Shown piece after piece: positions 28,210 through 38,177 of a DNA stretch of 57,946 nucleotides. A program made the position numbers and the translations under genes. Source of the DNA: Rhodopila sp. (GTDB lineage: Bacteria > Pseudomonadota > Alphaproteobacteria > Acetobacterales > Acetobacteraceae); contig JARLIN010000318.1 in assembly GCA_031291715.1 (NCBI GenBank), positions 1-57,946 of the forward strand. The letters run 5' to 3'. Under the pieces are notes generated by a model that ran no database searches, was not told the origin of the DNA, and worked only from the letters and a program-made list of their open reading frames with translations. How positions within the stretch are numbered: the first letter of the stretch is position 1; each line of letters starts with the position of its first letter.

Positions 28210-29136
28210 ATGCCTTTGCCGCCGCTCCATCGCGCGCTCGGCCTGCTTCTTCTCGTGCTCCTGGCGCGTTGCGGGGGGCCACCGGAGATCGACTGCACCC
28301 TCACCAAGATCGCGCAGATGCCATTGCAGGTGCAGGACCAGTTGCTGGTAGTTCCAGCCGGCATCAACGGTAAATGGGTCCGGCTGGTGGCCGATACCGG
28401 GGCGGAGCGAACCACCATCAGCGATGCGGCGGCGGACCGGTTGGGGCTGCCGCATGATCCCCGATACATCAACCGATCCTTGGGTATCGGCGGTGCGACC
28501 ACCACGACGGATGTGACCGTGGAGCGGCTCGTACTGGGCGGGGTGCGTTTCCCGGTCGAGCGGATCGCCGTCGGCACGTTCAAGCTGCGAACCGATCGCG
28601 GGCTGGACGCCGACGGGTTGCTGGGCGCCGATATCCTGCTCGCGTTCGATATGGATATCGACGTGCCGGGCGGCAAACTCACCCTCTATCGCAGCCGGGT
28701 GTGTCCCAATATCCGGCCACCCTGGCAGGAACCGGCGGTAGAGATCATCGGCGTAAAGGCACGCAAGGATCGACTGCTGCTGCCGTTCGATTTGGACGGG
28801 GTTTCCGGCATGGCGATCCTGGATACCGGCGCGCAGCGCAATGTTCTCGGCGTGGACATGGCACGCCGGATGGGACTGAACGAGCCGGCGATGGCCGGCG
28901 ATCCCACGACCCGCCAACGCGGGGTTGGGCCAGCGGTGACCGTCGCCCACCTGCACCGGTTCAACCTGCTTCGCATCGGCCCCGTCGCGGTCGAGTCCCC
29001 CTCGCTCACCGTACTGCCATCCGATTTCGGCGTAGGCGACGCGCTGCTCGGTGAGGAATTCCTGCAAGGCCGCCGGGTCTGGCTGTCGTTCCGGAACCGG
29101 CAGGTTTTCGTCTCGCGGCGTGCCGACGAACAATGA
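28210..29136 (+). CDS. Exported tandem retropepsin-like (clan AA) aspartyl protease
   Basis: Signal peptide; two DTGA motifs (LVADTGAER, AILDTGAQR), each followed by DGLLG/DALLG. Confidence 0.85.
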   Translation: MPLPPLHRALGLLLLVLLARCGGPPEIDCTLTKIAQMPLQVQDQLLVVPAGINGKWVRLVADTGAERTTISDAAADRLGLPHDPRYINRSLGIGGATTTTDVTVERLVLGGVRFPVERIAVGTFKLRTDRGLDADGLLGADILLAFDMDIDVPGGKLTLYRSRVCPNIRPPWQEPAVEIIGVKARKDRLLLPFDLDGVSGMAILDTGAQRNVLGVDMARRMGLNEPAMAGDPTTRQRGVGPAVTVAHLHRFNLLRIGPVAVESPSLTVLPSDFGVGDALLGEEFLQGRRVWLSFRNRQVFVSRRADEQ

Positions 29137-30032
29137 TCGACAAGCTGGAAATGCTGCTGGCCCTGGCGCGCGAACAGCATTTCGGCAGAGCCGCGGAAGC
29201 GTGCGGGGTGACGCAGCCGACACTGTCGGCGGGGCTGAAGCAGCTTGAGGAAGGGTTCGGCGTTCTGTTGGTGCAGCGGCAGTCCCGCTTCATCGGCTTC
29301 ACCCCCGAGGGGTTGCGCGTGCTGGACTGGTCCCGGCGCATCGTCGGCGATTACCGGGCAATGCGGGATGAGATCAAGGCACTAAAGCGCGGCTTGGCTG
29401 GGCACCTTCGGGTCGCGGCCGTGCCGACCGCGCTGCCAATCGTTTCGACACTGACGACTCCGCTGCACGTGGCGCATCCGGAGGTCGTGTTCACCATCCT
29501 GTCGCGTAACTCCATCGAGATACTGACGCTGCTGGAGAATCTGGAGATCGAAGCGGGGCTGACCTATGTCGATAATGAACCATTGGGCCGGGCGCGGTCG
29601 ATCCCGCTTTATCATGAGCATTACCGGCTGCTGATTGCCCCGGACGGACCGCTTGGGGATCGAGAGTCGGTGACCTGGGCCGAGGTCGCGGGCGTGCCGC
29701 TGTGCCTGCTGACGCCGGACATGCAGAACCGCCGCATCATCGACCGGCGGCTGCGCGATGCCGGGGTGGAGCCGGCGCCGACGTTGCAGTCGAATTCAAT
29801 GGTGGTGCTGTTTTCGCATGTGCGGACCGGGCGCTGGGCCAGTGTGATGCCAGCCGTTCTCGCAGAGACAATGGGGCTGCCCGGTCCGATCCGGTCTATT
29901 CCGATAGACGAGCCGACACCGCCGCCGACGATTGGGTTGGTGTATCCGCAGCGCGAACCGTTGACGCCGCTCACCGCCGCGCTGGTGACAGAGGCACGGC
30001 GGGTTGGTCCGAGGAGGATGGCGACGTTGTGA
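29133..30032 (+). CDS. LysR family transcriptional regulator
   Basis: HFGRAAEACGVTQPTLSAGLKQLEE HTH; 299 aa. Confidence 0.95.
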   Translation: MIDKLEMLLALAREQHFGRAAEACGVTQPTLSAGLKQLEEGFGVLLVQRQSRFIGFTPEGLRVLDWSRRIVGDYRAMRDEIKALKRGLAGHLRVAAVPTALPIVSTLTTPLHVAHPEVVFTILSRNSIEILTLLENLEIEAGLTYVDNEPLGRARSIPLYHEHYRLLIAPDGPLGDRESVTWAEVAGVPLCLLTPDMQNRRIIDRRLRDAGVEPAPTLQSNSMVVLFSHVRTGRWASVMPAVLAETMGLPGPIRSIPIDEPTPPPTIGLVYPQREPLTPLTAALVTEARRVGPRRMATL

Positions 30033-30043
30033 TGTTTCTTTTT

Positions 30044-30113
30044 CGTCATGACCGGACCAAGCCGAAGCCTGTCCCAGGGGGCCCCTTGAACCGATCCGTA
30101 GGCCAGCCACGAC
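30044..30113. repeat. Degenerate CGTC-type REP palindrome
   Basis: CGTCATGACCGG ... CCAGCCACGAC between convergent genes. Confidence 0.5.
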
Positions 30114-30122
30114 ACGGGGGGA

Positions 30123-30833
30123 TTATCCTCGCCGGAACGTCACCACCAGCACATCACGGTAACCCGGCTTGCCCGGGTCCAATGGTTCCACCGGCGTCAC
30201 GCCGTGCATCACCCGCGCATCGTCCACCAGCGCGGCATCGAGCGGCGCGGTCAGAGTGAAATCACCCAGCGTATTGCCAGCCAGATCGTGCACCGAGGTC
30301 ATCCCGCTCGCGATGTTGGTTCGGTTCACCAGCAGCACCAGCACATAATCCACGCCATCACGGTGCATGCCCTCCGGCGTCGGACGCCCCTCCTCGCCGC
30401 TGCGCGCCTCGATCCGGAATTGATGCACCTCCACGTGCCAGGCACGGGCGGGCGCCAGCGTCCCGAACAGGGTCTGGCAGAACGTCAAGACCGTGGTCAT
30501 CGCCGGGCCGGAGCCGATAGGCTCGGTGACCGGCTCAAACCACCGCTCGATGCCGCCGTTCAGCGTGTTGTAGTCCCGGCTTTGGTAATGCGGCTGGGCG
30601 GGCTCGCGGATGATCCCGTCCCCGCTCACCGTGAACACGGCATGGCGGCGTTTCCGATAGCGGCCACCATCGGCCATGTAGGTATCCTGACCCAGGTCGT
30701 TCCAGCTTGCCGCGAAGTGCGGCCAGTCGGTCAATGGGCCGACCTGTTCCAGCAAGGCACGCATGTCCGGGGCCCGCACGAACGTGTAGCCATCAGCTCG
30801 GATGGACTCAGTTAGCCGCTTGAGCGTGTCCAT
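30123..30833 (-). CDS. 2OG-Fe(II) dioxygenase family protein (2OG-Fe_Oxy_2 type)
   Basis: DTYMADGGRYR, EVHQFRI, PTPEGMHRDG, HGVTP, RDVLVVT. Confidence 0.85.
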   Translation of the reverse strand: MDTLKRLTESIRADGYTFVRAPDMRALLEQVGPLTDWPHFAASWNDLGQDTYMADGGRYRKRRHAVFTVSGDGIIREPAQPHYQSRDYNTLNGGIERWFEPVTEPIGSGPAMTTVLTFCQTLFGTLAPARAWHVEVHQFRIEARSGEEGRPTPEGMHRDGVDYVLVLLVNRTNIASGMTSVHDLAGNTLGDFTLTAPLDAALVDDARVMHGVTPVEPLDPGKPGYRDVLVVTFRRG

Positions 30834-33201
30834 GGTCGTCCCTCTTGTCAGCAGGAGTCGGAGCCGGCGCCGATAGCGCGATCATCTGCACCGGATTGAA
30901 AATTCTGATCCCAAGCTCCTGAAACCGCCGCTTCATGCGCCGGTTGAATTCGCGCTGCACGGCCCAACGGCCTGAATCCGTGCAGACCACTTGCCCGGCG
31001 ATCGTCACCGACGCGCCGTCCACCTTGTCCACGCCCCAAAGCTGCAGGTCGCTCAACATCTTGGCGGACAGATCAGGATCGGTCCGCATCTCCGCCACGA
31101 TCGCCTTCAGTTCATCCGCGACGCGATCCGTATCCTCGTCGTATGCAACGCTGACGTTGATCGAGGCATTGCCCAGCCCACGGTTGACATTGGTGACGCT
31201 GGTGACGCCGCTGAACGGGATGATATGGACCGACCCATCGCCCGCACGCAGCCGGATGGTGCGGACCGACAGCGCCTCGACCACACCTGAAAGGCCGGAC
31301 ACCGTTACCGTATCGCCGACCTGCATGGCGTTTTCCAACAGCAGGAAGATGCCAGTGATCAGATCCTGCACCAGTTTCTGCGAGCCGAAACCAATCGCCA
31401 CGCCGACGATGCCGGCGCCGGCGAGGAGCGGCGCGATGTTGATGCCGATTTCGCTCAACACCATCAACCCGGCGACGACGGCGATGGTAATCAGCAATGT
31501 CGTGCGCAGCAGCGGCAGCAAGGTGCGAAGACGCGCGGACTTGGCCATCTGGGCCTCGCGTTGCAGCCGATCCAGATGCTGCTGGACGCCGGCGTTTATG
31601 GCCTCCCAGATCCCGAACGCGAGCCCGATCGTCACGAAAAGCGTGCCGGTCGCTGACAGGATCCGCAAGCCGAGCGGACTGCTGACAAGCCAGACGAAGG
31701 TGTTCAGACCGTAGATTTGCAGCAAGCCCAACACACACACGGCGGTGACGGCCAGACGCAGGACCGTGACAATGGCCGGATGATAGCGGTGCAGCCTGGC
31801 GTGCATCCCCGGGTAGAGCGCGACGCTGTCGGGGTCGGGCCGCATGATGCGATCCACCACGCCCAGCAGAAGCAGGAGGAGGAAACGCGCGCCGATCAAA
31901 AACAGCGCGGTGACGATGAAATAGTGCAGCACGACCGCGAAGCCGTGCGGGACCTCCACCGCCCAAATCAGCCAGAGGGCGACCAGGAAAAACAATGCGA
32001 CCCAGTGCCAGACGCGTGCGAAGCGGTTTCGGAACGCGGCGACCGGCCCTGTCGCACCTTGCGGGGCTCGGAGCCATTTGCGCACAGCCCGCCGCTTCTG
32101 CACCACGATCAGCGCCAGGCAGAGGTGCAGCACCAGGCCGACCGCCTTCTGAAGCGCTTCGTGTGCGATATCGGACAGGCCCAGCAGAAGCCCAACCTCC
32201 CCGATGGCATAGCCGAACACCGCGATCAGGATCAGGCGCTTGGTCCAGAGCATCAGATAGGCGGCGGTGGTATCGCGCAGATGAAATAGCCGCAGGCGGG
32301 AGGCTTCTGGCGACAGCAGCATGCGCGCCACGCACAGGAAGGCGGTGCAGGCGGCATAGGCATCGACGACTGCGAGAATAATCAGGCGGCTGACGGTCTG
32401 ACCGCCCAGGCTGGACGCGGCGATCAGGTGTCCGATCACGGCGATGCCAAGAACGGGCACCAGTTCCAGAAGAAGGCGGGCGAAGACCAACGGGACGCGG
32501 CGCAACAGCGTCCAGGCGGTTGGGAGATGGCGTTGCGGGAGGGGGGGCTCGATCTCCCCCGCCTCGGCGCGAGCAACGGCATCTACGTCCGCCTCCGCGA
32601 GAGGCGGTGGCTCCTCAGGTTCCGGCTGGCGGATGGCGGGGGCCGCCCCTTCCAGAGCACGAATCGGCCGTCGCATGGCGCGCCGGAGGCCGTACGCGAC
32701 GGCAGCAGCACACACCAGCACGAGAACCACACGCCACGCGACATCCATCAGCAGGTTGCGCGCGATGGGATTGGTCGCCATCACCACGGCCCACCCGTAC
32801 AGCAGTGGCAGGCTTTGCACCGTATCCAGAGCGTCCATCGCCTCGTTGCCCACCCGGTTGACGAAGGCGGACGCGGACAGAAGGACCTGGGCGCCGAGGC
32901 TGTCGGGGGCGAGCGGGATCGTCAGGCCCTCGACCGCCGTCTCGGTGGGTGGCGGCGTGACCGGGTCCGCCGCCGGCGCGGCGGCCGCGGGCGTTCCGGG
33001 CTGGGCCTTGACGATCGCGTTCAGCGTGGCGGCAAAGGCCGCCCGCTTGGCCGGATCGTTCAGCATATCCAGCGCCGCCCGCGCCTGGTCGGCGGAGATG
33101 GCCGACGATGCGGGAGGCGGGTTGCTGGTCTTTTGCGCTGAAGATGGCGTTGGCACGCCAAGGAGCACGGCGCAAAAAAGGAGAAGGAGGACGCGCATCA
33201 T
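30808..33201 (-). CDS. Large MscS-family mechanosensitive channel (YbiO-like)
   Basis: Signal peptide, many TMs, LLAGAGIVGVAIGFGSQKLVQDLITG, GVVEALSVRTIRLR. Confidence 0.92.
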   Translation of the reverse strand: MMRVLLLLFCAVLLGVPTPSSAQKTSNPPPASSAISADQARAALDMLNDPAKRAAFAATLNAIVKAQPGTPAAAAPAADPVTPPPTETAVEGLTIPLAPDSLGAQVLLSASAFVNRVGNEAMDALDTVQSLPLLYGWAVVMATNPIARNLLMDVAWRVVLVLVCAAAVAYGLRRAMRRPIRALEGAAPAIRQPEPEEPPPLAEADVDAVARAEAGEIEPPLPQRHLPTAWTLLRRVPLVFARLLLELVPVLGIAVIGHLIAASSLGGQTVSRLIILAVVDAYAACTAFLCVARMLLSPEASRLRLFHLRDTTAAYLMLWTKRLILIAVFGYAIGEVGLLLGLSDIAHEALQKAVGLVLHLCLALIVVQKRRAVRKWLRAPQGATGPVAAFRNRFARVWHWVALFFLVALWLIWAVEVPHGFAVVLHYFIVTALFLIGARFLLLLLLGVVDRIMRPDPDSVALYPGMHARLHRYHPAIVTVLRLAVTAVCVLGLLQIYGLNTFVWLVSSPLGLRILSATGTLFVTIGLAFGIWEAINAGVQQHLDRLQREAQMAKSARLRTLLPLLRTTLLITIAVVAGLMVLSEIGINIAPLLAGAGIVGVAIGFGSQKLVQDLITGIFLLLENAMQVGDTVTVSGLSGVVEALSVRTIRLRAGDGSVHIIPFSGVTSVTNVNRGLGNASINVSVAYDEDTDRVADELKAIVAEMRTDPDLSAKMLSDLQLWGVDKVDGASVTIAGQVVCTDSGRWAVQREFNRRMKRRFQELGIRIFNPVQMIALSAPAPTPADKRDDHGHAQAAN

Positions 33202-33348
33202 CGGGCGGTACGACCACAGATGGCGCCGCCGGGTCAACGCAATTCCCAACATAGCACGTCCCCAGGCGGGGATGACCCCGTGGCACCACCGATGCTGTTG
33301 TCCATCATGCCACCTCCACAAATCCTTCGCATGCCCTATTGTAGGTCG

Positions 33349-33540
33349 ATGCACGGCTTTTTGACGGTCCTTGTCGGTATCATGCTGCTAGCCACGCTGG
33401 GCGTTCTGATCGCCGGGTTGGTCGGTCTTGTGCGAGAGAGCGACCCGCGGCGGTCGAACAAACTGATGCGATGGCGTGTCATCCTGCAGGGCGCGACGCT
33501 CCTGCTGCTCGCGATTCTCATGAGCCTTTTGCGCTCCTGA
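33349..33540 (+). CDS. Twin transmembrane helix small protein (HIG1-like)
   Basis: Two TMs around RSNKLMRWRVILQG; usual position upstream of etfB. Confidence 0.85.
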   Translation: MHGFLTVLVGIMLLATLGVLIAGLVGLVRESDPRRSNKLMRWRVILQGATLLLLAILMSLLRS

Positions 33541-33572
33541 TCGACAGATAGCTGATCGGTGGCCGGCCCCGT

Positions 33573-33601
33573 TTGACACACGGAAACCCCATCAATATGG
33601 T
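33573..33601 (+). promoter_or_regulatory. Putative sigma70 promoter of etfBA-hbd
   Basis: TTGACA-N17-TATGGT. Confidence 0.6.
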
Positions 33602-33706
33602 CCGGCGCCCCTGTTGCAGGTGCGAACAGGCAACGCTCGGCACCAAGGGGAACCGAGTCGTTAGATATGTGTTCACCAACGTCCCCAGGAAGCGGTACGG
33701 TTTCCC

Positions 33707-34456
33707 ATGAAGATAATTGTCCCCGTCAAACGGGTTGTCGACTACAACGTGAAGGTTCGCGTGAAGTCAGACGGCTCTGGTATCGAGACCGCCGGCGTGA
33801 AAATGTCGATGAACCCCTTCGATGAGATCGCGGTCGAAGAAGCCGTGCGCCTCAAGGAAAAGGGTGTCGCGACCGAGATCGTCGCGGTGTCCATGGGCGT
33901 TCCGCAATGCGCGGAAACCATTCGCACAGCGCTCGCCATGGGTGCCGATCGCGGCATCCTGGTGGAAAGCGACACCGACCTGCAGCCGCTGGCCGTGGCC
34001 AAGCTGCTGAAGGCGATCGCGGACCAGGAGCAGCCGGGCCTCATCATCCTCGGCAAGCAGGCGATCGACGACGACATGAGCGCGACAGGCCAGATGCTGG
34101 CCGCGCTTCTCGGCTGGTCGCAGGGCACCTTCGCCAGCAAGCTGGCAATCGAGGGCGGCACCCTGACCGTAACCCGAGAGGTCGATGGCGGACTGGAAAC
34201 GGTCGCACTGACCCTGCCGTCCATCGTCACCACCGATCTGCGGTTGAACGAGCCGCGCTACGCGTCGCTGCCGAACATCATGAAGGCGCGAAAAAAGCCG
34301 ATCGCTACCATGAAACCGGCCGATCTGGGCGTCGATGTCACGCCGCGTCTGACGGTAATCAAGGTAACCGAGCCGCCGAAGCGCAAGGCTGGCCAGAAGG
34401 TCGGCTCGGTGGCGGAGTTGGTGAGCAAGCTCAAGACTGAAGCGAAGGTGATCTGA
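33707..34456 (+). CDS. etfB: Electron transfer flavoprotein beta subunit
   Basis: [41 protein letters not shown]. Confidence 0.97.
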   Translation: MKIIVPVKRVVDYNVKVRVKSDGSGIETAGVKMSMNPFDEIAVEEAVRLKEKGVATEIVAVSMGVPQCAETIRTALAMGADRGILVESDTDLQPLAVAKLLKAIADQEQPGLIILGKQAIDDDMSATGQMLAALLGWSQGTFASKLAIEGGTLTVTREVDGGLETVALTLPSIVTTDLRLNEPRYASLPNIMKARKKPIATMKPADLGVDVTPRLTVIKVTEPPKRKAGQKVGSVAELVSKLKTEAKVI

Positions 34457-34458
34457 CG

Positions 34459-35394
34459 ATGACGAGCCTTGTTCTTCTCGAATTCGACGATTCGGGCATC
34501 AAGCAGCCGTCGCGCAGCGCGGTCGCCGCGGCGCAGGCCTTGGGTGAGGTGCATGTGCTGGTCGCTGGCGCCGGCCTGAGCGGCGCGTCCGCCGCCGCCG
34601 CCAAGCTGCCCGGCGTGATGAAGGTGCTGGTCGCGGATGCTCCCGCGCTGGACCATCTGCTGGCGGAGCCGACGGCGGCGCTTCTGGTCGCTTTGGCGCC
34701 AGCGTACTCGCATCTGCTGGCAGCCACCACGGCCGTCGGCAAGAACATCATGCCGCGCGTCGCCGCGTTGCTGGACGTGCAGCCGATCAGCGACATCGCC
34801 GGGGCAGAGGATGCGGATACCTTCATCCGCCCGATCTATGCTGGCAACGGTCTGGCGACGGTGAAGTCGTCCGACAGCAAGAAGGTTATCACCGTTCGCG
34901 CTGCCAGCTTCGATCCCGTCGCGGCAGAAGGCGGCAATGCGCCCACCGAAAACGTGACGGTTGGCGATCTGCCCGGCCTGTCCAAGTTCGTCTCGGCCGA
35001 GCTCTCGAAAAGCGAGCGTCCCGAGCTGACTGCCGCCCGGGTGGTGATTTCCGGCGGCCGTGGCATGCAGAACGGCGAAAACTTTAAGCTTCTGGACCCG
35101 ATTGCTGATAAGCTCGGGGCAGCGGTCGGTGCGTCTCGCGCGGCGGTCGATGCAGGCTTCGTGCCCAATGAGTTCCAGGTCGGACAGACCGGAAAAATCG
35201 TCGCGCCAGACCTTTACGTCGCTGTCGGGATCTCGGGTGCCATCCAGCACCTCGCCGGCATGAAGGACAGCAAGGTCATCGTCGCGATCAACAAGGATGA
35301 GGAAGCGCCCATCTTCCAGGTCGCCGATAACGGCCTGGTGGCTGATCTCTTCACCGCGCTGCCGGAGCTGGCGGCGGAATTGGAGCGCTCCTGA
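34459..35394 (+). CDS. etfA: Electron transfer flavoprotein alpha subunit
   Basis: [29 protein letters not shown]. Confidence 0.97.
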   Translation: MTSLVLLEFDDSGIKQPSRSAVAAAQALGEVHVLVAGAGLSGASAAAAKLPGVMKVLVADAPALDHLLAEPTAALLVALAPAYSHLLAATTAVGKNIMPRVAALLDVQPISDIAGAEDADTFIRPIYAGNGLATVKSSDSKKVITVRAASFDPVAAEGGNAPTENVTVGDLPGLSKFVSAELSKSERPELTAARVVISGGRGMQNGENFKLLDPIADKLGAAVGASRAAVDAGFVPNEFQVGQTGKIVAPDLYVAVGISGAIQHLAGMKDSKVIVAINKDEEAPIFQVADNGLVADLFTALPELAAELERS

Positions 35395-36324
35395 ATGAAC
35401 ATCGACGTCAAGCCTGCCGCGGTCATGGCCCCCACACCGACGGAACCGCCGGACATCCAATCCGTCGGCATCATCGGCGCCGGGCAGATGGGCAACGGTA
35501 TCGCCCATGTTTGCGCCCTGGCAGGCTTGGCGGTCACGATTGTCGATATCAAGCAAGAAGCCCTGACCAAGGCCATGGCGATCATGGCCCGCAACATGGA
35601 GCGGCAGGTCAACCGCTCCATCATCACCTCGGATCAGCGGGATGAGGCACTTGCGCTGGTCAAGACCTCGACCGAATACGCCTCCCTGCACGACGCGGAT
35701 TTGGTGATCGAGGCAGCGACCGAGAAGGAAGACATCAAGCGTCTGGTCTTCAAGGAACTGATCCCGCACCTCAAGCCATCCTGCCTGGTGGCGTCGAACA
35801 CGTCGTCGATCTCGATCACCCGCCTGGGCGCGACGACCGACCGTCCGGAAAAGTTCATTGGCATGCACTTCATGAACCCGGTTCCGGTCATGAAGCTGGT
35901 GGAAATCATCCGCGGCATCGCCACGGATGAGCCGACCTTCCAAGCGGTGAAAGCCCTGGCCCAGAAGCTGGGCAAGATCAGCGCGGTTTCCGAGGATTTC
36001 CCGGCGTTCATCGTCAACCGCATCCTGGTTCCGATGATCAACGAGGCGGTTTACGCTCTGTATGAAGGCGTCGGGTCGGTGTCCGCCATCGATACGTCGA
36101 TGAAACTGGGCGCCAACCACCCGATGGGGCCGCTGGAACTGGCTGACTTCATCGGCCTGGATACCTGCCTGTCTATCATGCAAGTGCTGTATGAGGGCTT
36201 GTCCGACAGCAAATACCGCCCCTGCCCGCTGCTGGTGAAATACGTCGAGGCCGGCTGGTACGGCCGCAAGACCGGCCGCGGCTTCTACGACTACACCCAG
36301 ACTCCGCCGCGCCCGACGCGGTAA
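35395..36324 (+). CDS. hbd: 3-hydroxybutyryl-CoA dehydrogenase
   Basis: [38 protein letters not shown]. Confidence 0.93.
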   Translation: MNIDVKPAAVMAPTPTEPPDIQSVGIIGAGQMGNGIAHVCALAGLAVTIVDIKQEALTKAMAIMARNMERQVNRSIITSDQRDEALALVKTSTEYASLHDADLVIEAATEKEDIKRLVFKELIPHLKPSCLVASNTSSISITRLGATTDRPEKFIGMHFMNPVPVMKLVEIIRGIATDEPTFQAVKALAQKLGKISAVSEDFPAFIVNRILVPMINEAVYALYEGVGSVSAIDTSMKLGANHPMGPLELADFIGLDTCLSIMQVLYEGLSDSKYRPCPLLVKYVEAGWYGRKTGRGFYDYTQTPPRPTR

Positions 36325-36332
36325 CCCTTCGT

Positions 36333-36410
36333 CGTCACAGCCGGGCTTGTCCCAGCCATCTCGCCGCGGCCGTTCCCGCCCGGATGACTGGCACATGCCC
36401 GGCCATGACG
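36333..36410. repeat. CGTC-type REP palindrome
   Basis: CGTCACAGCCGGGCTTGTCCCAGCCATC ... GGATGACTGGCACATGCCCGGCCATGACG. Confidence 0.8.
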
Positions 36411-36420
36411 GCCGGGAACG

Positions 36421-36714
36421 TCATGGCTTCGCCGGCACCGCATAGTTCGCCGCGAGATAAGCGGTAATCACGGCCGCGGTCTCATCGTCGATTGGTGCGC
36501 CGAACGCCTTTCGCATTTTCGTCACCTCGGCCTTCCAGGCATCGGCCGAGAGAAACATGCTGTTCATGATGATGTAGTCCGAGGTGTGGCAGGCGTTGCA
36601 ATACGCACTTGCCACGTCGTCTCCGGTTCCGGGCTTCAGCGGCGCGGGGGCGTCCTGTGCCAAGGCACCCCGACACAGCAGCAGCGCCAGCATCGTGATC
36701 CACAACGGCTTCAT
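36421..36714 (-). CDS. SorB-like c-type cytochrome
   Basis: Signal peptide, CNACH heme motif, WKAEVTKMRKAFGAPI; ATGA overlap with the SorA-like gene. Confidence 0.88.
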   Translation of the reverse strand: MKPLWITMLALLLCRGALAQDAPAPLKPGTGDDVASAYCNACHTSDYIIMNSMFLSADAWKAEVTKMRKAFGAPIDDETAAVITAYLAANYAVPAKP

Positions 36715-37943
36715 CGTGCCACCACTGCAATCGGCCGCGGCACATTGTTGTGGTAGCCACCCGGGTTCGTCTTCAATTTGTCCGCCTGCCGCTCCCCCGC
36801 ATGGTTGGTCGCTCGGCTCATCAGCTTGTAGGTCCCTGGACGCAAAGACCCAGTCGGCAAACTGAACCGGCGATAGGCGTAGGGACCAAGAGGCTTCTCC
36901 AACATCGCGTCCTGCCAGTTCCGTCCACCGTCGAGCGAGATTTCCACGCGATTGATACCCGTCCCCCGATCCCAGGCGACCCCACGAATGGTAAAGCCCG
37001 ACCGCTCCACCTCATCGCCCTCCAGCGGATCGGCGATGAGTGAATTGACCACGAGTTCGGTGATCGGGACGGTTGTCTCCGTGGCCTGGGACTTGAAGGG
37101 CAGTTGCACCGGAAACATGCCCGCCGGGACGCGGTAGGCGGTCTGCATCCAGAAGTTCTTCAATGGCTCCGCGCTGACCTCGATATTGGTCAGGTGCTTC
37201 ATCCAGTACGTGCCGGTCCAGCCAGGAACGACCAGCCGGGCGGGGTAGCCGTTCAGCAACGGCAGGGGCGCATTGTTCATCGCAATGGCTACGATTGTGT
37301 CGCCGTCCATCGCCTTCTCGATTGGGATGCTTTTGCGGAACGGCGGAGTCCCCTCCATCGGTGGTTTGTCGGCCCCGCCGACCCAGACTTCCAGCGCCTC
37401 GGCCTTTACCCCCGCGGCCTTGAGAACGTCACGCAGCGCCGGGCCGCGCCAGACCGCGCACCCCATCCCGCCATCGGGCCATTGTACGCCGGCGACATGC
37501 GGGTCGAAGAAGCCTCGGCGATTGCCGGCACACTGGCAGACGGACAGTACCTGATTGGTCGGAAGGTCGAGCAGATCGCTCATTTTCAGTCGAATCTGTC
37601 GATTGACGGCGTCTCCACCGATGGTGAGAGACCAGCCATCCATGTCCGCCGCGGACGGCACCCCGGCCAGGTGGTAACGGACGAAGAACCGGTCGTTCGG
37701 CGTGACGACATCGGTGAAGACATTCACCGGCGTCGCATAATTGGGCGGCCGATCCGTCAGGCGCAGCATGCGCCGCTTATCGGGCAGGTTGACGAACTGG
37801 GCGACCGCCCGCGTGCCGTCGGGAAGTTCGGCGGGCAAGGTTGTGCTTTCCGCCGCTACCGAGGGCGACGCGAGTAAAGCCGCGCCCGCCCCGGCGATTA
37901 TTTCTCGCCGCCGCATGCCTCTTCCCTGCCCCCTATCGTTCAT
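36711..37943 (-). CDS. SorA-like molybdopterin sulfite dehydrogenase
   Basis: Tat signal RRREIIAG, FFVRYH, CQCAGNRR Mo-ligand Cys, NGYPARLVVPGWTG. Confidence 0.88.
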   Translation of the reverse strand: MNDRGQGRGMRRREIIAGAGAALLASPSVAAESTTLPAELPDGTRAVAQFVNLPDKRRMLRLTDRPPNYATPVNVFTDVVTPNDRFFVRYHLAGVPSAADMDGWSLTIGGDAVNRQIRLKMSDLLDLPTNQVLSVCQCAGNRRGFFDPHVAGVQWPDGGMGCAVWRGPALRDVLKAAGVKAEALEVWVGGADKPPMEGTPPFRKSIPIEKAMDGDTIVAIAMNNAPLPLLNGYPARLVVPGWTGTYWMKHLTNIEVSAEPLKNFWMQTAYRVPAGMFPVQLPFKSQATETTVPITELVVNSLIADPLEGDEVERSGFTIRGVAWDRGTGINRVEISLDGGRNWQDAMLEKPLGPYAYRRFSLPTGSLRPGTYKLMSRATNHAGERQADKLKTNPGGYHNNVPRPIAVVAR

Positions 37944-38055
37944 CCCGTCGTGCCAACCCGGCTGGGTTAAGATTGGTGTTACCTGAAACCAGACTGAACA
38001 CAATGCGGCGAGAGCGGTACTATACCACCCCGTGTTAAGTCTGACGCTCGCCCAC

Positions 38056-38135
38056 CGTCATGGCTCCGCACGGTCCGGGCCATCTGAGGCAGCCCTGTGC
38101 TGGTTCGGATGGCCAGGACCGCGCCGAGCCACGAC
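38056..38135. repeat. CGTC-type REP palindrome
   Basis: CGTCATGGCTC..GGCCATCTGA / TCGGATGGCC..GAGCCACGAC. Confidence 0.7.
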
Positions 38136-38177
38136 CCTAGCGGAAAGGTCGTACGTCACCCATTTCGCCGACTCGTA

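Noticed and set aside
28096-29223. 963-aa ORF suggesting a 375-aa N-terminal extension on hydantoinase B
   Set aside because: The extension is the antisense shadow of the retropepsin gene; hydantoinase homology begins at MSDPIT (28095)
34258-36396. 712-aa minus-strand ORF
   Set aside because: Antisense to etfA/hbd with no motifs; typical high-GC shadow frame
37967-37984. CtrA-like TTAA box upstream of the SorA-like gene
   Set aside because: Spacing and second half-site do not fit TTAA-N7-TTAA
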